A stretch of DNA of 64,000 nt from Paramoeba atlantica (Eukaryota > Protista > Discosea): NCBI GenBank assembly GCA_977017575.1, contig CDRNVI010000004.1, positions 1 to 64,000 of the forward strand, given 5' to 3'. Numbering within the stretch: the first letter of the stretch is position 1; every line of letters begins with the position of its first letter. The translations under genes and the position numbers were made by a program. Shown here one piece after another: positions 60,993 to 64,000 of the stretch. Below the pieces are notes generated by a model. The model worked only from the letters and a program-made list of their open reading frames with translations, did not search any database and had not been told where the DNA came from.

Positions 60993-62840
60993 TCACGTTT
61001 TCATTAAAGCAAGTAGAGTTTGCATCATTCTGTCGAACTCTTCCTTGTTACTACTTAAATACTTTTCAGCGCAGGTCTTCAACGCTCTCATGTTTTCACC
61101 TTCCGCATTATCAATAGGTCCTCGTTCCGGGGGCAGAGGGGGTTGAAACCGAAAATATTGTGAGCCGCAAAAATTGCTTGAACAAACACGTTTTTGGCTA
61201 TGTTGGCTCTGAACGCTTAGCTTTTGTTGATGGACGTTCCCCAGTAGTTGCGTCATCTGGCGATGCACCATTTCAGAACTGCTGTCTACGAAGATATCAA
61301 CCGCAGGGGAAGCCCACTGCAGGACGCCCCAGGAGGCGCTTTCTTTCGGTAATATCGGTTGTACGTGACGTCCTGTCCCCAAGGAGACGACCACCATGGA
61401 GGACCCCATGCTTCTGCCCGGTTGCTGGGCTTCAAGTAAAGCTAGCAGTGCCGGGTTGTTCGCATACACACACCCGTCAACGTACGCGTCTCCGTTAATA
61501 TTATGAGGTGCAAAAAACGTGGGTGCAGCGCACGTCGCGCGCAGAACGTCGCGAAGGTAATAATTAACTGAGATGTGATCCATTTCTTTGTCGGTTCCTT
61601 CGCTTATTTCCTCCCTATTTGTTTTCTCTCTGCCGTTCAGATCTTTCGATACCTTATGGCCTGTTTTTCGCTTTGAGTGGTACATCCCATTTGCGATTTC
61701 ACGACTCAGGCAGCGTCCTGTTGAGAATAACGCTGGACGATGCTTTGTGATATTATACGCGGGAACCAATAAAGGCTTTCTTAAGTCCAGCAAAGTGTCG
61801 TCTCCGCAAAATTCCAAAAGCAACTCCTCGAGACGTCGGGAACAGTACGCTGGGCGGATAAGTCGAGTGCTTCGAGATCGGACTTTGTCGACCAGCCGAG
61901 TAACGGACTGGGCGACGGCACTGGGCGCCACGGCCGTGGTGCTCTTGAGTGATTCTTTTACGGAGTGAAGCGAGGAGGCACTGAGATTTGTAAACCGTCG
62001 TACCCAGACATCCGCCTCGGTGTACAGAATACGATCCGCGAGCTTGGTTTCCTCACATGCAGTGGTGTGCAAAGTAATGGGTTCTTCCACGGAGAAGGGG
62101 GGGGAATCAAACGTTTCCTTTTTCTTCACTCGTGTATTAGGAATATTCTTATATTGTGGGTGCGACATGTTGGGCTGTTTGGGAAGGCGCGATTGGAACA
62201 TGGAAAGAAATGGCTCGAACAGTGTAGACCATGGTGGATTGTTCTTGTCCCTCCTAGAGTATCTGTTTAAAATTATTCTATTTCGTCTTCTCAGCTCAGA
62301 TATTACGAGTGATCCAGAATTGAACCGCATTGGAGGTGAACGGATATGTAACACTTTCCTGTCCGAAAGGCGACGCACAATACGTACACGAGAATTTCTG
62401 TTTCCTGACGTTACTTTTAAGGGCCTTCTGAGAACATTGAAGTTTTTTGTTCTATTTTTCGTATGATTATTGCTCTGATTTCTTTCGTACTGAGTCCTCT
62501 CTTTATCTGTTGCACAACTTTCACACGAAGAAACGCTGGATTGAAGAGGCTCAGAATCCGACTCATAAGTAGGAAATATTTGGGGAGCCATATTGCAATA
62601 AAACTTCACCATATTTTCAGCCTTCCATAAATCACGCACGTGACCAGGAGTGTCCCGGTGCCGAGAGACCACCATACTCGCCAAAAGTGCGCCAGTGCTG
62701 GTTCCTGCAACAAGATCAAACATTTCGTAGATCGGTCGGCCTGCGTACCTTTCCATATGAAGAAGAATCACAGCTGGAACCAAACCCCTTACTCCACCTC
62801 CGTCGATGCATAGAACACGAAAAGGTCTACCAGCGTTCAT
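60993..62840 (-). CDS. Patatin-like phospholipase with a large basic insertion
   Basis: VLCIDGGGVRG, FDLVAGTSTG (GxSxG), LRATCAAPTFF, YVDGCVYANNP, SLGTG. Confidence 0.92.
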   Translation of the reverse strand: MNAGRPFRVLCIDGGGVRGLVPAVILLHMERYAGRPIYEMFDLVAGTSTGALLASMVVSRHRDTPGHVRDLWKAENMVKFYCNMAPQIFPTYESDSEPLQSSVSSCESCATDKERTQYERNQSNNHTKNRTKNFNVLRRPLKVTSGNRNSRVRIVRRLSDRKVLHIRSPPMRFNSGSLVISELRRRNRIILNRYSRRDKNNPPWSTLFEPFLSMFQSRLPKQPNMSHPQYKNIPNTRVKKKETFDSPPFSVEEPITLHTTACEETKLADRILYTEADVWVRRFTNLSASSLHSVKESLKSTTAVAPSAVAQSVTRLVDKVRSRSTRLIRPAYCSRRLEELLLEFCGDDTLLDLRKPLLVPAYNITKHRPALFSTGRCLSREIANGMYHSKRKTGHKVSKDLNGREKTNREEISEGTDKEMDHISVNYYLRDVLRATCAAPTFFAPHNINGDAYVDGCVYANNPALLALLEAQQPGRSMGSSMVVVSLGTGRHVQPILPKESASWGVLQWASPAVDIFVDSSSEMVHRQMTQLLGNVHQQKLSVQSQHSQKRVCSSNFCGSQYFRFQPPLPPERGPIDNAEGENMRALKTCAEKYLSSNKEEFDRMMQTLLALMKT

Positions 62841-63328
62841 CAACTTCACTGCAATGTCGCTGAATTCCTGAGCAAGGGTGTCAGCTCAGACATGCTAACT
62901 TGATACACCATGCAAAAATTGGTAAACTCGAAACATCATGCAAATTAGCCTGTGACCAGGCCATGGGGACTATTGAGAAAAAAACTTTTCTAATCTTTCA
63001 AAAAGACAACATCCAATGTAGTCCTACTTCAGAAAAGAAGCTAAGTTTTCTTACTTGCAAGAGCAAATGACATTCTTTTGTTTTTCCATTTAATGTATTG
63101 TACTATTCATAACAGAAATCAGTTTATCCGATAGCGTTCAGCTTTTCGTGTCAAACCATGGAATACAGGCCATTGACTTATGGGGGAAGTGTTCAGATAC
63201 ACGTCCGGACCTTTAAAATGATTTCGCATGAACAAGTTTTGCGTCATTTCATAGGCCACAGCAAAGCACGCACAGCTCACACTACGTTTTCGTACTTCGC
63301 CCCAAAAATGTCATGAAATCTCTTAGCT

Positions 63329-64000
63329 TCACTCGTCCAGGACTTTTAAGGAGAGATCTTTATGTAGGCGAATTAAATTAGATCGATTTGCATCTAATGT
63401 GTCAGGATCAATAATAGAATGTTTCATTTTCTTAACCAGAGTGCGTACTGTCTTAATGAGATGACTACGAGACGTAGTTTGCTCCTGTTGGGGCACTGAC
63501 AGATTTTTTGACGCAGTTTTTGGGTCTGTTTCTGGGGATTCTATTTCGAAGCATAATCGTTTTAATGGCTTCAGAACCCAGACCTCAATGCGATTGAGCA
63601 GTGCTCGATTCGGATGTCTTGTCAATGTCCGTAGGACGACAGTCTCCAACACTTCGTCAAGCACGCCATTGGAAAGTCTAGGGGCTCGCAAACACTCGTC
63701 AAGAAGCACGTCAACGACATGCATACAAAGGTCCTGTACATCGTCATGAGCGAATAAACTTCGAACGAGGGTGCTGAACTCGTCGATTGGGATAGTTCGC
63801 AAAAGATGGAAAACATATCGTCGCACAAAGTACATGTACTTGTTCAATCTCCACTTATCGATGTGAGGCCACTCGCGCGTAAGTGCAACCCAGCCTACCT
63901 TTGCCCACAACACGCACGACTTCAAAGTAGTTTCCTTAGAGAACACTTCAGACGTCCACCGGGTGATCGTGTCAGCGGCAGCATCCTGGGCTTTCCAGCC
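63329..64000 (-). CDS. RRP1: Nucleolar protein RRP1/Nop52, 3' part; 5' end beyond the window
   Basis: Frame open to the window end (GWKAQDAAADTI...); GWVALTREWPHIDKWRLNKYMYFVRR matches Nop52 REWxxIDxxRLDKF. Confidence 0.85.
   Translation of the reverse strand, partial: GWKAQDAAADTITRWTSEVFSKETTLKSCVLWAKVGWVALTREWPHIDKWRLNKYMYFVRRYVFHLLRTIPIDEFSTLVRSLFAHDDVQDLCMHVVDVLLDECLRAPRLSNGVLDEVLETVVLRTLTRHPNRALLNRIEVWVLKPLKRLCFEIESPETDPKTASKNLSVPQQEQTTSRSHLIKTVRTLVKKMKHSIIDPDTLDANRSNLIRLHKDLSLKVLDE

Larger units (their letters stand above)
1..64000 (-). other. Unidirectional (kinetoplastid-type polycistronic) gene array
   Basis: Every recognisable host gene is on the minus strand and intron-less. Purine-rich (+) / pyrimidine-rich (sense) tracts precede several ATGs (e.g. 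7905-7945, 12310-12350, 32767-32800, 53850-53890). The plausible + strand ORFs lie only in repeat islands. Confidence 0.8.

Noticed and set aside
1-64000. tRNA, rRNA, spliced-leader RNA, snoRNA or telomeric repeats
   Set aside because: None recognised by eye. Divergent snoRNAs could be missed without Infernal/snoscan.

Overview
Eukaryotic, intron-less, gene-dense window. About 30 host genes all lie on the minus strand, many preceded by pyrimidine-rich tracts, as in a kinetoplastid polycistronic transcription unit. An MKT1L-like gene, an N-terminally extended uS8m and a dispersed LRR family are reminiscent of the endosymbiotic kinetoplastid Perkinsela; this taxon call is inference, not a database result. 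Recognisable housekeeping genes: START-domain protein (partial), XRN-like, ITPA, MKT1-like, PMM, TFIIA-gamma, prefoldin 3, Nup58-like, TBCA, HRD1, DPAGT1/ALG7, SAMHD1-like, RPS30, NOP10, SmF, DUS2, uS8m, aminopeptidase P, patatin and RRP1 (partial). Two accessory features stand out. (1) At 44.1-52.9 kb, three tandem, highly diverged paralogues each have a signal peptide, a long disordered linker and a type-II PI4-kinase (PI4K-gamma-like) domain with eroded catalytic residues: candidate secreted pseudokinase effectors. (2) Repeat islands at 16.3-25.2, 26.7-30.8 and 53.9-56.5 kb hold nested mobile DNA. This includes a foldback-like element of two inverted 20-bp satellite arrays around a long hairpin, inserted with a 3-bp TSD into a palindromic repeat; a defective Tc1/IS630 element with ~105-bp TIRs and TA TSD; several MITEs; an IR-flanked SWIM-finger gene; a 577-bp insertion with a T-shaped hairpin in an LRR pseudogene; and a REL-endonuclease retroposon fragment. 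Coordinates were read by hand and repeat boundaries may be off by a few bp. Family calls rest on motifs recalled from memory, not on searches.
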